From: Gemmatimonadales bacterium
GTDB lineage: Bacteria > Gemmatimonadota > Gemmatimonadetes > Gemmatimonadales > GWC2-71-9
DNA length: 45,376 bases
Direction of reading: 5' to 3'
NCBI GenBank assembly: GCA_031388885.1
Contig: JANMSC010000095.1
Span: forward strand, 1-45,376
How positions within the stretch are numbered: the first letter of the stretch is position 1; each line of letters starts with the position of its first letter. This document shows positions 14,293 to 24,359 of this stretch, in pieces. Both the position numbers and the translations under genes were made by a program. The notes beneath the pieces are model-generated. The model saw only the letters and a program-made list of their open reading frames with translations, did not search any database and was not told where the DNA came from.

Positions 14293-16260
14293 ATGGCCAA
14301 ACCCGCCACCCGCATCGCGTTTCTCCAGGCGGCGCTTGCCGCCGCGGCGGCGCTTGTGCTGGTGCGCAGCGCGAAGGTGCAGGTGATCGAGCACGACAAG
14401 TGGGCAACCGTCGCGAAGCAATTGCGGCAGGTGTCGCAGGCGGCACCGGCGCGCCGGGGCGCGATCTACGATCGCAACGGCGTCCCCCTTGCCATCACGA
14501 TGGAGAAGTACCACGTCGAGATCGCGCCCGATCAGGTGCGCGATACCGCCGCCGTCGTGCGCCGGGTCTCGAAGGCGATCGGTGTTCGCGCCGATGACCT
14601 CGCGGCCCGCATCCGCGCCGGCCGGTACATCTACTACCACGGTCCGTTCCGGGCGAACGACGTGCTGTCGATCCGCGGGCTGGTCGGTGTGACCTTTCCC
14701 AGGATGGCGGTGCGTTCCTTCCCGCAGGAGATGCTGGCGCGCGGGCTCATCGGACGGCTGCGACCCGACACGAATCGCGGTGCCGACGGCGTCGAACGCG
14801 GTTTCGATTCGCTGCTGGCGGGAACGCCCGGGCAGTTGACCTTGATGCGCGACGCGAAGGGGCGCCTGATCGAGGGACCGAATGCGGTGGTGCGACGTCC
14901 GGTAGCGGGGCACGACCTCTACCTGACCATCGATCGTGACCTCCAATCGATTGCCGAGGCCGCGTTGCGCCGCGCCCTCACCGAGTTTCGCGCGGAAGCC
15001 GGCGACATCGTCGTGATGGACGTGCACACCGGCGAGTTGTATGCCGTCGCGTCGTTGCGCACGGACGCCGCGGGGCAGGTCGAGGCCACGGCGTCGGCAT
15101 TCGTCGAGCCGTATGAGCCAGGCTCAACGGCGAAGATCTTTACTGCGGGCGCCGCCGTTCGCAGCGCACCCGACACCAACCCGCAGTCTGGAAAGGGCGG
15201 GACCTGGGTCATCACGTCAGGCCGCGGCACGCGGACGATCAACGATACGCACCGTGAAGATGGACTGCTGACGCTCGGACAGACCATCAAGTACTCGAGC
15301 AATATTGCGATCGCGCAGTTCGCCCTCACGCTGACGCCAGAGCAGCATTTCACCGCGCTGCGTGACTTCGGGTTCGGTGTCGCGACCACAACCCACTTTC
15401 CGGGCGAGGCCGGCGGCTACCTCAACCGGCCCGCCAACTGGGTCAACGCCGTGTTCTCGCAGACGTCGCTGGCGCAGGGGTACGAGTTCTCGGCAACGGC
15501 GATCCAGATCGCCGCGGCGTATGCGGCGATCGCCAACGGAGGCACCCTGTTGATGCCAGCACTGCTCCGCGAGGCACGCGCCGGCGAGACGCCGACCGTC
15601 GTGTGGCGACATCGGGTCGATACGGTCCGGACGGCTGTTCCGCCCGCAATTGCCGGCAGGCTGCTCGAGTATCTCACGCTGGCGACCGACAGCGCGGGCA
15701 CCGGCACCAGGGCGCAGCTCGACCGCAGCTCGGTGATCGGCAAGACCGGTACCGCCAAGCTGCTGATCGATGGGCACTACCGGGGTGAGTACCGCGCCTC
15801 GTTTGCCGGACTCTATCCCGGGGACCGGCCGCAGGTTGTGATCTATGTGATGATCAATCGCCCACGAGTCGGGTCATATTACGGTGGCCTCGTCGCGGCA
15901 CCAATCGTGCGATCGATTCTGCAGCAGGCGTTGTCCATTCGAACCACGCCGCTCGATCGGCGCCACGTCGCCGCCGAGGTGTTACCTCGCGCAACAACTC
16001 CACGCCGCAGCATCGGGCCGTCGACTCGGATGATCACCGTCGCCCTGCACGGCCCGGCGCCGGGTACGGTTGGCGGGGCGATGGTCGAGGTCGGCCTGGT
16101 GACGGGCATGACGCTGCGTACCGCCAGCAATGCCTTGCATTCGCAAGGCCTGCACGTGAAGGCGATTGGTCGCGGTACGGTGCGCCGCACGGCACCGGAG
16201 GCTGGCGGCTCGATCCCGCGTGGCAGCACCGTCACGGTGTACGCCGACATCACACCATGA
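14293..16260 (+). CDS. ftsI: Peptidoglycan D,D-transpeptidase FtsI (class B PBP) with C-terminal PASTA domain
   Basis: N-terminal TM anchor. SxxK (STAK), SxN (SSN) and KTG (KTGTA) motifs. The last 59 codons (nt 16081-16257) fit the PASTA consensus. Confidence 0.9.
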   Translation: MAKPATRIAFLQAALAAAAALVLVRSAKVQVIEHDKWATVAKQLRQVSQAAPARRGAIYDRNGVPLAITMEKYHVEIAPDQVRDTAAVVRRVSKAIGVRADDLAARIRAGRYIYYHGPFRANDVLSIRGLVGVTFPRMAVRSFPQEMLARGLIGRLRPDTNRGADGVERGFDSLLAGTPGQLTLMRDAKGRLIEGPNAVVRRPVAGHDLYLTIDRDLQSIAEAALRRALTEFRAEAGDIVVMDVHTGELYAVASLRTDAAGQVEATASAFVEPYEPGSTAKIFTAGAAVRSAPDTNPQSGKGGTWVITSGRGTRTINDTHREDGLLTLGQTIKYSSNIAIAQFALTLTPEQHFTALRDFGFGVATTTHFPGEAGGYLNRPANWVNAVFSQTSLAQGYEFSATAIQIAAAYAAIANGGTLLMPALLREARAGETPTVVWRHRVDTVRTAVPPAIAGRLLEYLTLATDSAGTGTRAQLDRSSVIGKTGTAKLLIDGHYRGEYRASFAGLYPGDRPQVVIYVMINRPRVGSYYGGLVAAPIVRSILQQALSIRTTPLDRRHVAAEVLPRATTPRRSIGPSTRMITVALHGPAPGTVGGAMVEVGLVTGMTLRTASNALHSQGLHVKAIGRGTVRRTAPEAGGSIPRGSTVTVYADITP

Positions 16261-17702
16261 CCCTGGCCGACCTCGTTCGGGTGCTTCGGAGCCGCGATCT
16301 CGTGCTCGACGCACCTGCCGCCGACGTTGACGTGTTGTCCCTCGCGGTCGACTCGCGTCGGGTTGCGCCCGGTTGCTGTTTCATCGCCATCCGTGGGGCA
16401 GCGGCCGATGGGCATGACTTCGTGGGACCTGCGGTAGACGCCGGTGCGACCTCGGTGATCGCCGAACAGCCCGCTGGTCTCACGGTGCCCGTGGTGATCG
16501 TCCGCGATGGCAAGCGCGCGGCCGAGGTGCTCGCCGCCGAATGGCATCAATATCCCGCCGATCAGCTTTCGATCGTTGGGGTGACCGGCACCAACGGCAA
16601 GACGACGACGACGGCGCTGTTGCGTCACTTGATGAACGTGGGCGGTGACGCTGGCAGCATCGGTACTCTTGGCGCGTTCGACGGTGCCGGTGGCGCGATC
16701 GCATCCACGGCGGGGACGCTCACGACGCCGGGCCCGCTCGACCTGCAGGCGACCTTGCGCGCACTGGTTGACGCCGGTGTGCGGCGCGTCGCCATGGAAG
16801 CGTCCTCGCACGCGCTCCACCAGGGGCGACTCGATGGTATTTCGTACACCGCAGCCGTGTTCACGAACCTCACCCGCGATCACCTCGACTATCACCGCAC
16901 GATGGACGAGTATCTGGCGGCCAAGTTGCGCCTGGCTGATCTGACCGTCGCCGACGGGACACTGGCGATCAATGCGGATGACGCAGCGTGGACCCCGCTG
17001 CTGGGAGATCGACGCGTCGTCACGTGGGGGATGCATCCCGACGCACACCTCCGTGTCGAAGACGTGGTGCTCCTCACGGCGGGAAGCCGGTTCGTGCTCG
17101 AGGGTCGATTCGGCCGAGCTGAAGTCTCGTTGCCGCTGCCGGGGGACTTCAACGTCAGCAACGCCTTGGCGGCGGCGGCCGCCGTGCTCGGGCAGGGCGA
17201 TTCACTTGCCAACGTCGCGGCGCGCCTGAACCAGGCACCACAAGTGCCCGGGCGAATGGAGCGGATCATCGACGCACCATTCCATGTGCTGCGTGACTAT
17301 GCCCATACGCCGGATGCACTCGCGCGCGCGCTGGCCACCCTGCGTCCGATCACGCCGGGGCGGGTCATCGTGGTCTTCGGCTGCGGCGGCGATCGCGACC
17401 GGGGCAAGCGTCCGATGATGGGCAAGGTTGCAGCCGACGGCGCCGATCACGTCATCGTGACCTCGGACAACCCGCGCACCGAAGATCCCGAGCGGATCAT
17501 CGACGACATCGTCGCTGGCATGCCAACGGGGTCGTTCGAACGGGAGAGCGACCGCTGGGTCGCGATCGGGTTGGCGACCGGGCAGGCGCGCCCTGGCGAT
17601 ACGGTGTTGCTGGCCGGCAAGGGGCACGAGACGTACCAGGTGATCGGAACCGAATCGGTGCCATTCGATGAGCATGATATCGTGCTCGGCTTCGTGGGCT
17701 GA
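16257..17702 (+). CDS. murE: UDP-N-acetylmuramoyl-L-alanyl-D-glutamate--2,6-diaminopimelate ligase
   Basis: GVTGTNGKTTT P-loop. The DNPR motif (SDNPRTEDP) is typical of meso-DAP-adding MurE. ATGA overlap with the ftsI stop. Confidence 0.93.
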   Translation: MTLADLVRVLRSRDLVLDAPAADVDVLSLAVDSRRVAPGCCFIAIRGAAADGHDFVGPAVDAGATSVIAEQPAGLTVPVVIVRDGKRAAEVLAAEWHQYPADQLSIVGVTGTNGKTTTTALLRHLMNVGGDAGSIGTLGAFDGAGGAIASTAGTLTTPGPLDLQATLRALVDAGVRRVAMEASSHALHQGRLDGISYTAAVFTNLTRDHLDYHRTMDEYLAAKLRLADLTVADGTLAINADDAAWTPLLGDRRVVTWGMHPDAHLRVEDVVLLTAGSRFVLEGRFGRAEVSLPLPGDFNVSNALAAAAAVLGQGDSLANVAARLNQAPQVPGRMERIIDAPFHVLRDYAHTPDALARALATLRPITPGRVIVVFGCGGDRDRGKRPMMGKVAADGADHVIVTSDNPRTEDPERIIDDIVAGMPTGSFERESDRWVAIGLATGQARPGDTVLLAGKGHETYQVIGTESVPFDEHDIVLGFVG

Positions 17703-19057
17703 TGGTGCCAGGGTGGAATGACGCGCGCGTGCGGCGCGCACTCGGGCTCGCCGTTGCTGCCAGCGATGCCTCGTATGTTGGCGTGAGCACCGATACTCGC
17801 TCGGTGCGCCCGGGGTCGCTCTTCGTGGCGCTGGCGGGCGAGCGCTACGATGCGCATGCGTTCCTGGGGCAGGCGCGGGCTGGTGGTGCGACCTGTGCCG
17901 TCGTTCGCCACGGCACCGAGGGCGTGAACGGATTGATGCTGTATCACGTCACCGACACGCTCCGCGCGCTTGGCGACCTCGCCCAGTTGCACCGCCAGGA
18001 CGCATCCGGCCTGGTGATCGGTATTACCGGCCAGAATGGCAAGACCTCAACCAAAGAGATGGTTGCCGCCGTGCTCTCGACCAGATGGCGGACGCATCGC
18101 ACCCGGGCGAATCTCAACAACCTGGTGGGTGTGCCGCTCACGATCCTGGAGGCGCCCGCCGACACCGAGGCGATGGTGGTTGAGGCCGGTGCGAATGTGC
18201 CGGGAGAGATCGCGCGCTACCGCGAAATCATTCGACCAGATATTGCACTGGTGACCAATGCGGGTGCGGGGCACCTTGAAGGATTTGGCACCGTCGACGC
18301 GGTGGTCCGCGAGAAGCTGTCGCTCACCCAGGACGCGCCGCTGGCAGTCGTCGGTACGTCACCCGGTGCCCTCGTCACTGGCGCGCGTGACCGGGCGCGG
18401 CGGGTGATCACGGCGGGGCTGAGCGGTGCCGATGTGTCACCGGAGCGGGTCGAGATCACCGGCGACGGTCGGCCCGCCGTGACGATCGACGGGCGCACCT
18501 TCCTGTTAACCGCCCGGGGTGTACATCAGGCCGGAAACGCAATGTTTGCATGGGCCGTTGCCCGCGAACTTGGCCTGGACCTCGATGCCTGTGCCGCAGC
18601 ACTCGAGTCGTTCGCCCCGCCGAGTGGGAGGGGTGAGCTGACCCATTACGGCACGCTCACCGTGCTCAACGATTCCTACAACGCCAACCCGCAGTCCTTC
18701 ACCGCGGCGATCGCGCTGGCGCAGGCGCTGCGTCCGAACCGCCGCCTGGTGTTCGTGGCCGGCACGATGCGGGAACTCGGCGCACACGCCGAGGCGCTGC
18801 ACGCCGACGTCGCAGCCCAGCTCGCGGCCCTTGAGCCGGAACTACTGGCCTTGGTCGGCGAGTTTGTGCCCGCATTCGCTCCGTGGCGTGAACGCTTCCA
18901 TGGTCGCCTGCTGGAAGCCGCAGACGCGGACACGATGGGTCCGCTCCTTGCCGCGCGGTTGCAGGGCGATGAGCTCGTCGTGCTCAAGGGGTCACGGGGC
19001 GTGACGCTTGAGCGTATCCTTCCAGTCATCCTCCGCGGCACCGCCACGAGATCCTGA
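17702..19057 (+). CDS. murF: UDP-N-acetylmuramoyl-tripeptide--D-alanyl-D-alanine ligase
   Basis: VSTDTRSVRPGSLFVAL, GITGQNGKTSTKEM, DSYNANP. TGATG overlap with the murE stop. Confidence 0.9.
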   Translation: MVPGWNDARVRRALGLAVAASDASYVGVSTDTRSVRPGSLFVALAGERYDAHAFLGQARAGGATCAVVRHGTEGVNGLMLYHVTDTLRALGDLAQLHRQDASGLVIGITGQNGKTSTKEMVAAVLSTRWRTHRTRANLNNLVGVPLTILEAPADTEAMVVEAGANVPGEIARYREIIRPDIALVTNAGAGHLEGFGTVDAVVREKLSLTQDAPLAVVGTSPGALVTGARDRARRVITAGLSGADVSPERVEITGDGRPAVTIDGRTFLLTARGVHQAGNAMFAWAVARELGLDLDACAAALESFAPPSGRGELTHYGTLTVLNDSYNANPQSFTAAIALAQALRPNRRLVFVAGTMRELGAHAEALHADVAAQLAALEPELLALVGEFVPAFAPWRERFHGRLLEAADADTMGPLLAARLQGDELVVLKGSRGVTLERILPVILRGTATRS

Positions 19058-19063
19058 GGTCCG

Positions 19064-20191
19064 ATGCTCTACCACCTGCTCGCGCCCTTCGGCAAGTCGG
19101 TCCTGATCTTCAACCTGTTCAACTACATCTCGTTCCGCGCAGTGGGCGCGATGGTGACCGCGCTCCTGATCGCGTTCATCGTGGGGCCGGGCATCATCCG
19201 ACGCCTGCATCAGCACAAGGTCGGCCAGGTGATCCGGGCCGACGGGCCGGCCAGTCATCACACCAAGCGTGGCACGCCCACCATGGGCGGAATCATCATC
19301 ATTCTGGCGACCGTGTTGCCGACGCTGCTCTGGGCGCGACTCGACAATCCGCTGGTGCTGATCGCGATCGCCGCCATGCTCTGGTGCGGCGGCATCGGGC
19401 TGCTCGATGACTACCTCAAGGTGGTCCAGGGGAAGTCGCGCGGGCTGGTGGCCAAATGGAAGTTGGCAGGGCAGGTCATCTTCGGCGTGTCCCTCGCCGT
19501 CCTGCTGATGTACTTCCCGGTGATCAAGCCGGACATCGTCCCGGCAACGGCGACCACCGTGCCGTTCTTCAAGTACCTCGTGGTGGTGTTCGTGCCGGCG
19601 ATCTACGTCCTGTTTGTCACCGGGGTTGTCACTGGCTTCAGCAACGCGGTCAACCTCACCGATGGCCTCGACGGGCTCGCGGCCGGGCTGACCACCATCG
19701 CTGCCGGCGCGTTCGCCTTCTTCGCGTACATCATCGGGCGCGTCGACACGACGACCTACCTCAACATGTTCTACATTCCCGGCGCCGGTGAGCTCGCGGT
19801 CTTCTGCGCCGCACTCATGGGCGGCGCGCTCGGATTTCTCTGGTTCAACGCGCACCCGGCCAAGGTATTCATGGGGGACACCGGCTCGCTCGCGATCGGA
19901 GGATCCTTCGGGGCGGTCGCGGTGATGCTCAAGTCGGAGTTCCTGCTGGTGATCATCGGCGGCGTGTTCGTAGCGGAGGCGGCCTCGGTGATCCTGCAGA
20001 CCGGCGTGTACAAGTGGAACAAGCGATCCCGCGGTCGCGAGTACGCCGATGCGCACCGGGTGTTCCGCATGGCGCCGCTGCACCATCATTTTGAGCAGCT
20101 CGGCTGGGCGGAAACCACGGTGGTCACCCGATTCTGGATCATTGGCATCCTCTGTACCATCCTCGCGCTCGCGACGCTCAAGGTGCGATGA
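19064..20191 (+). CDS. mraY: Phospho-N-acetylmuramoyl-pentapeptide transferase
   Basis: MLYHLLAP..., HxxKxGTPTMGG (HHTKRGTPTMGGIIII), NAVNLTDGLDGLA, FMGDTGSLAIGG, PLHHHFE. Confidence 0.95.
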   Translation: MLYHLLAPFGKSVLIFNLFNYISFRAVGAMVTALLIAFIVGPGIIRRLHQHKVGQVIRADGPASHHTKRGTPTMGGIIIILATVLPTLLWARLDNPLVLIAIAAMLWCGGIGLLDDYLKVVQGKSRGLVAKWKLAGQVIFGVSLAVLLMYFPVIKPDIVPATATTVPFFKYLVVVFVPAIYVLFVTGVVTGFSNAVNLTDGLDGLAAGLTTIAAGAFAFFAYIIGRVDTTTYLNMFYIPGAGELAVFCAALMGGALGFLWFNAHPAKVFMGDTGSLAIGGSFGAVAVMLKSEFLLVIIGGVFVAEAASVILQTGVYKWNKRSRGREYADAHRVFRMAPLHHHFEQLGWAETTVVTRFWIIGILCTILALATLKVR

Positions 20192-21537
20192 CCCGTATCG
20201 ATGAGTGGCGCGCGTCCGGGCGCGAGGTGAGCGTTGCGGGTCTGGGTCGCAGCGGTGTCGCCGCGGCACAGTTGCTTTCGCACCACGGAGTCAAGGTGTA
20301 CGCCTCCGACGCGAAGGCTTCCACCGCCCGCCCGGTCGGGTTGCCGCCGAGCGTTGTTGTCGAGGTCGGCCGGCACGACCTCGATCGCATTGCCACGAGC
20401 GCAGCGCTGGTGCTGTCGCCCGGCATTCCCCCGACCGCGTCGGTGGTGCGCACCGCCATCGAACATCGCGTGGCCGTCATTGCAGAAGCACAGCTTGGCC
20501 TCGACGCACTCGCCGGCGTACCGTACATCGCGGTCACCGGCACCAATGGCAAGACCACCACGACCGCGTTGCTCGACCACATATTGCGGGCGGCCGGTGT
20601 GCGGAGCGTAGCGGCGGGCAATATCGGCAGGCCGCTGTCTGCTGTTGCGTGCGAAGCGGTACGCCCCGAATGGGTCGCTGCAGAGCTCTCGTCGTTTCAG
20701 CTGCACGACATGCCCGACGTCTCTCCCACGGTAGGGGTGCTGACGAACCTGGCGCCCGACCATCTCGATCGCTACCCGACGCTCGCCGAGTACTACGCCG
20801 ACAAGGCCAGATTGTTCGGCAACGCGCGACCGGCCTCGATCTGGGTGACGAACCTCGACAATTCCGAATCCCGAACGATGATCCGCGACATCGTCGGGCG
20901 CCACCTCGCCTTTACGACGGTACGCGACACGCGCGCCGACGCCTGGTACGATCGCAATGGAGATCAGCTGATGCTCGCCGGGCGGCCGTTGCTGGCGCGG
21001 GCCGACTTCCCGCTCCTGGGTGACCACAACGTGGCGAACGCGCTGGCGGCGTCGCTGGCGTTGCATGCCGCGGGTTTCGCAGCCGATCGCATCGCGTCCG
21101 GCCTCGCCACCTTCCGGGCGTTGCCCCACCGCGTCGAGCCGGTGCGGGAGCTCGACGGCGTACTCTGGATCAACGACTCGAAGGCGACCAACATCGCGTC
21201 GACGTCGGTGGCGATACAGGCGATGACACGGCCGTGCGTGCTGTTGCTTGGCGGGCGACACAAGGGGGAACCCTATACCGCACTCGCCGCGGCGCTCCGG
21301 GCACATGCCACGGCCGTTGTGGCCTACGGCGAAGCAGGCGAACAGATCGAACGCGACCTGCGCGATGTGGTCGAGGTGGTGCGCGCCGCAACGTTCGACG
21401 ACGTGATGGCGACGGCTCGCGGCATGGCGCCAGCCGGCGGCACTGTGCTGCTCTCCCCGGCCTGCTCGAGTTACGACATGTTCAGCAACTACGAAGAGCG
21501 TGGCGCCCGGTTCCGTGCGATCGTGGAAGGATGGTGA
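20188..21537 (+). CDS. murD: UDP-N-acetylmuramoylalanine--D-glutamate ligase
   Basis: GLGRSGVAAAQLL, VTGTNGKTTTTALL, NDSKATN. ATGA overlap with the mraY stop. Confidence 0.93.
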   Translation: MTRIDEWRASGREVSVAGLGRSGVAAAQLLSHHGVKVYASDAKASTARPVGLPPSVVVEVGRHDLDRIATSAALVLSPGIPPTASVVRTAIEHRVAVIAEAQLGLDALAGVPYIAVTGTNGKTTTTALLDHILRAAGVRSVAAGNIGRPLSAVACEAVRPEWVAAELSSFQLHDMPDVSPTVGVLTNLAPDHLDRYPTLAEYYADKARLFGNARPASIWVTNLDNSESRTMIRDIVGRHLAFTTVRDTRADAWYDRNGDQLMLAGRPLLARADFPLLGDHNVANALAASLALHAAGFAADRIASGLATFRALPHRVEPVRELDGVLWINDSKATNIASTSVAIQAMTRPCVLLLGGRHKGEPYTALAAALRAHATAVVAYGEAGEQIERDLRDVVEVVRAATFDDVMATARGMAPAGGTVLLSPACSSYDMFSNYEERGARFRAIVEGW

Positions 21538-22694
21538 CTGCGCCGTCGGTGAGACATCCCGGCGAGTTCCGCTGGGAAACCCGCCTGCTGGCGGTCGTCA
21601 CGCTGGTGCTGACCGTGTTCGGAATTGCAAATTGTTACGCGGCGGCCACGTATCTCGAGGCGTGGTTCAACGAGGCAACCGACCAGGTGTCCGGCGCATT
21701 GATCGGGGGGGTCGTGTTCCTCGCGGCAGCGTACTCCGACTACCAGATCTGGCGGCGGTTCGCGCGCCCGCTCTTTCTCGCCACCGTGGTCGGGCTCGTC
21801 GTCCTTGCCGTGGTCGCGCTCGCCTTCGGATCGGAGCAGAGTCCGGCCGCGGTCGGCGCGGTCGTGCCGTTTCTCAATGGTGCCAGGCGGTGGTTCAAGA
21901 TTGGCCCGGTGACGATCCAGGTATCGGAGATCGCTCGCTTCACGCTGACGGCGTTCGTGGCGGCGCGTGCCGTCGAACTGGGCGGCAAGGTGCGCAGCTT
22001 TCAGGGCGGATTTCTTCAGCTGGTTGCACCGATTGCCCTCGTCGTGGGCCTGGTCGCGGTCGAGCCCAACCTGTCGATGGCCATCGTGCTCGGCGTCGCG
22101 GGCGGCATGGTCGTGTTCACCGCTGGCGCACATCTCGGACACGTGCTGTTGCTCGCCCTCATGGGATTCGCCGGCGTCGGGGCGATGATCACGTTCTCGG
22201 GGTTTCGCTCCGATCGTCTCGACCGATACCGCGATACGGCGGCGATGTGCGACCCGACGCGACAAGAGTGCGCGTCGTTGATAGGCTACGGCAATGGTGG
22301 CCTCGTCGGACTCGGGTTCGGTGAGGGAACCCAGAAGCTCGGTCACCTGCCGTACGGATATTCCGATTTCATCCTGTCGACGATCGCGGAAGAATGGGGC
22401 TTGATTGGCGTCTTTTTCATGACGCTCTGCTTTGGGCTCTTCTGCTGGATGGGTTTCCGGATCGCCAAGACGGCCCGCGATCCATTCGGCATGTTCCTCG
22501 CCAGCGGGCTGACGGCGATGGTCGGTCTCGCTGCCTTCCTGCACGCCGCAGTGGTCACGCAGCTCATTCCAGCCACCGGGCTCACGCTCCCGTTTGTGTC
22601 TGCGGGACGCGTGTCACTCATCATGTACCTGTTCAGCGCCGGCGTGATCGTGTCCGTCGGACGCCGTCGTGGGCGCCCGGCGCGACAACGATGA
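21531..22694 (+). CDS. ftsW: Peptidoglycan glycosyltransferase FtsW (SEDS family)
   Basis: Polytopic membrane protein with SEDS motifs (QVSEIARF, GYSDFILSTIAEEWGLIG, GLTLPFVSAGRVS). The ATG at 21531 overlaps the murD stop. The ORF-track start at 21234 is an in-frame upstream extension inside murD. Confidence 0.9.
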   Translation: MVTAPSVRHPGEFRWETRLLAVVTLVLTVFGIANCYAAATYLEAWFNEATDQVSGALIGGVVFLAAAYSDYQIWRRFARPLFLATVVGLVVLAVVALAFGSEQSPAAVGAVVPFLNGARRWFKIGPVTIQVSEIARFTLTAFVAARAVELGGKVRSFQGGFLQLVAPIALVVGLVAVEPNLSMAIVLGVAGGMVVFTAGAHLGHVLLLALMGFAGVGAMITFSGFRSDRLDRYRDTAAMCDPTRQECASLIGYGNGGLVGLGFGEGTQKLGHLPYGYSDFILSTIAEEWGLIGVFFMTLCFGLFCWMGFRIAKTARDPFGMFLASGLTAMVGLAAFLHAAVVTQLIPATGLTLPFVSAGRVSLIMYLFSAGVIVSVGRRRGRPARQR

Positions 22695-23800
22695 CGACCA
22701 TACTCCTGGCGGGTGGCGGCACCGGCGGGCACCTCATGCCCGCACTCGCGATCGCGCGCGCCGTCAGCGAGCAGCACCCCGATTGGCGCATGTTCTTCGC
22801 CGGCGCAAAGCGCGGGATCGAGGCGCACGTGTTACCAGAACGTGGCGTGCCGCACCAGCTCTTCCCGTTCGAGCCGATCCATCGTCGGCATCTATGGCGC
22901 AACCTCAAGTGGCCCGTGCTCGCGTGGACCCTGGTGCGCGAGGTCGATGCACTGCTCGACCGGGAGCAACCGGCCGTGGTGATCGGCACCGGTGGCTACG
23001 TCAGCGGTCCGGTCGTCTGGCGTGCCGCTCGACGCGGGATCCCGACCGCGATCCTGGAACTCGATGTCATGCCGGGCCTTGCCACGCGCGGCCTCGCGCG
23101 TCGGGTGCATGAGATCTGGCTGGGGGCCCCTGAAGCCAGCGCTCGGTTGCCGCGCGCGGCCCAGGGCAAAGCGTCGGTGACCGGTGCACCAATCACCGCG
23201 CCAGATGCGTCCTGCCGCGCCGCCGCTCGCGTACGGTTCGGGTTGGGCGCCGATGATCGCCCGGTACTCGTTGTGACCGGCGGCAGTCAGGGGTCGCTCG
23301 CGATCAATCACCTGGTTTCCGACTGGCTCGACGCGGGCGGCGGCGTCGGCACACGCGTGATATGGGCCACAGGACGGGGCACCTTTGAACAGTTCGTGCG
23401 CCATCACGCACCGCCTGACGTGCATGTGGTGCCGTTCCTCGACCCGATGAGCGATGCGTGGTCGGTCGCCGACGTCTGCATTGCGCGCGCCGGCATGATG
23501 ACCATCGCGGAACTGTGCGCGTGGGGAATTCCTTCGGTGCTGATTCCGTTGCCGACGGCCGCAGCGGATCACCAGACCCACAATGCACGCGCGCTCGAGG
23601 CGGCTGGTGGAGCGGTATGCCTGACGCAGCATGGACTCAGCGCGAGGCAGCTCGGACCGGTGCTTGCCGGCCTGTTGCGCGATCCGGAGCGACGCCGTGC
23701 GATGGGTCGCGACGCATCCGCTCGCGGCCGCCCAGAAGCCGCGGGGGAGATTGCACAGCGGGTTGCTCATCTCGCCCAGAGCCGCGAGGGTGCAAAGTAG
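22691..23800 (+). CDS. murG: UDP-GlcNAc:lipid I GlcNAc transferase
   Basis: MTTILLAGGGTGGHLMPALAIA, GGYVSGP, VTGGSQGS, ARAGMMTIAELCAWGIPSVLIPLP...DHQTHNA. ATGA overlap with the ftsW stop. Confidence 0.93.
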   Translation: MTTILLAGGGTGGHLMPALAIARAVSEQHPDWRMFFAGAKRGIEAHVLPERGVPHQLFPFEPIHRRHLWRNLKWPVLAWTLVREVDALLDREQPAVVIGTGGYVSGPVVWRAARRGIPTAILELDVMPGLATRGLARRVHEIWLGAPEASARLPRAAQGKASVTGAPITAPDASCRAAARVRFGLGADDRPVLVVTGGSQGSLAINHLVSDWLDAGGGVGTRVIWATGRGTFEQFVRHHAPPDVHVVPFLDPMSDAWSVADVCIARAGMMTIAELCAWGIPSVLIPLPTAAADHQTHNARALEAAGGAVCLTQHGLSARQLGPVLAGLLRDPERRRAMGRDASARGRPEAAGEIAQRVAHLAQSREGAK

Positions 23801-23826
23801 CCGGATGTGTTCCACTCAACCTCGTC

Positions 23827-24351
23827 ATGGAGATCGACGTGAGCGAACTCATGGTGTTGCGCGTGATTCACGTGGTGGGCGGGGCGTTCTGGGTCGGGGC
23901 CGTGGTATTCAATAGCGCGTTCCTCCTGCCGGCACTCGCCGCATCGGGGCCAGCTGCGGGGCAGGTCATGGCGAACCTTCGGCGTCGGCACATGCTCACG
24001 GTCCTGCCCGTGGTGGCCATCCTGACGCTGCTCTCCGGCCTGCGCCTCATCCAGATCGCGTCAGGCGGAATTACCACGTCGTACTTCGAGACCGGGAGCG
24101 GCCGGACCTATGCGACCGGCGGCGCGTTGGCAATTCTCGGATTCCTCATCGGAATGTCAGTTGTGCGCCCCGCGCTGAATCGGGTGGCGGCGCTTGGCGC
24201 GACGATGGCGACGGCGCAGGATGATGCGACACGTGCTGCGATCGGCGCCGAGATCGGTGCGGTGCGCCGCCGCGGTGCGTCGGCAAATGCCATTGTCGCG
24301 GTGCTGCTGGTCGCCGCGACCGTGGCAATGGCCATCGGTCGATACATGTAG
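23827..24351 (+). CDS. Hypothetical ~4-TM membrane protein
   Basis: Hydrophobic helices are present (VIHVVGGAFWVGAVVFNSAFLL, LTVLPVVAILTLLSGL, ALAILGFLIGMSVV, AIVAVLLVAATVAMAI). I recognised no family. An alternative start is the ATG at 23851. Confidence 0.6.
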   Translation: MEIDVSELMVLRVIHVVGGAFWVGAVVFNSAFLLPALAASGPAAGQVMANLRRRHMLTVLPVVAILTLLSGLRLIQIASGGITTSYFETGSGRTYATGGALAILGFLIGMSVVRPALNRVAALGATMATAQDDATRAAIGAEIGAVRRRGASANAIVAVLLVAATVAMAIGRYM

Positions 24352-24359
24352 CCCTGATG

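Noticed and set aside
21234-21530. N-terminal extensions given by the ORF track for ftsW (21234), murG (22394), ftsA (31704), ftsZ (32863), the 4-TM protein (23458) and nirK (43942).
   Set aside because: The extensions lie inside upstream genes in another frame and are Arg-rich nonsense. Conserved N-termini begin at internal ATGs that overlap or closely follow the upstream stop.
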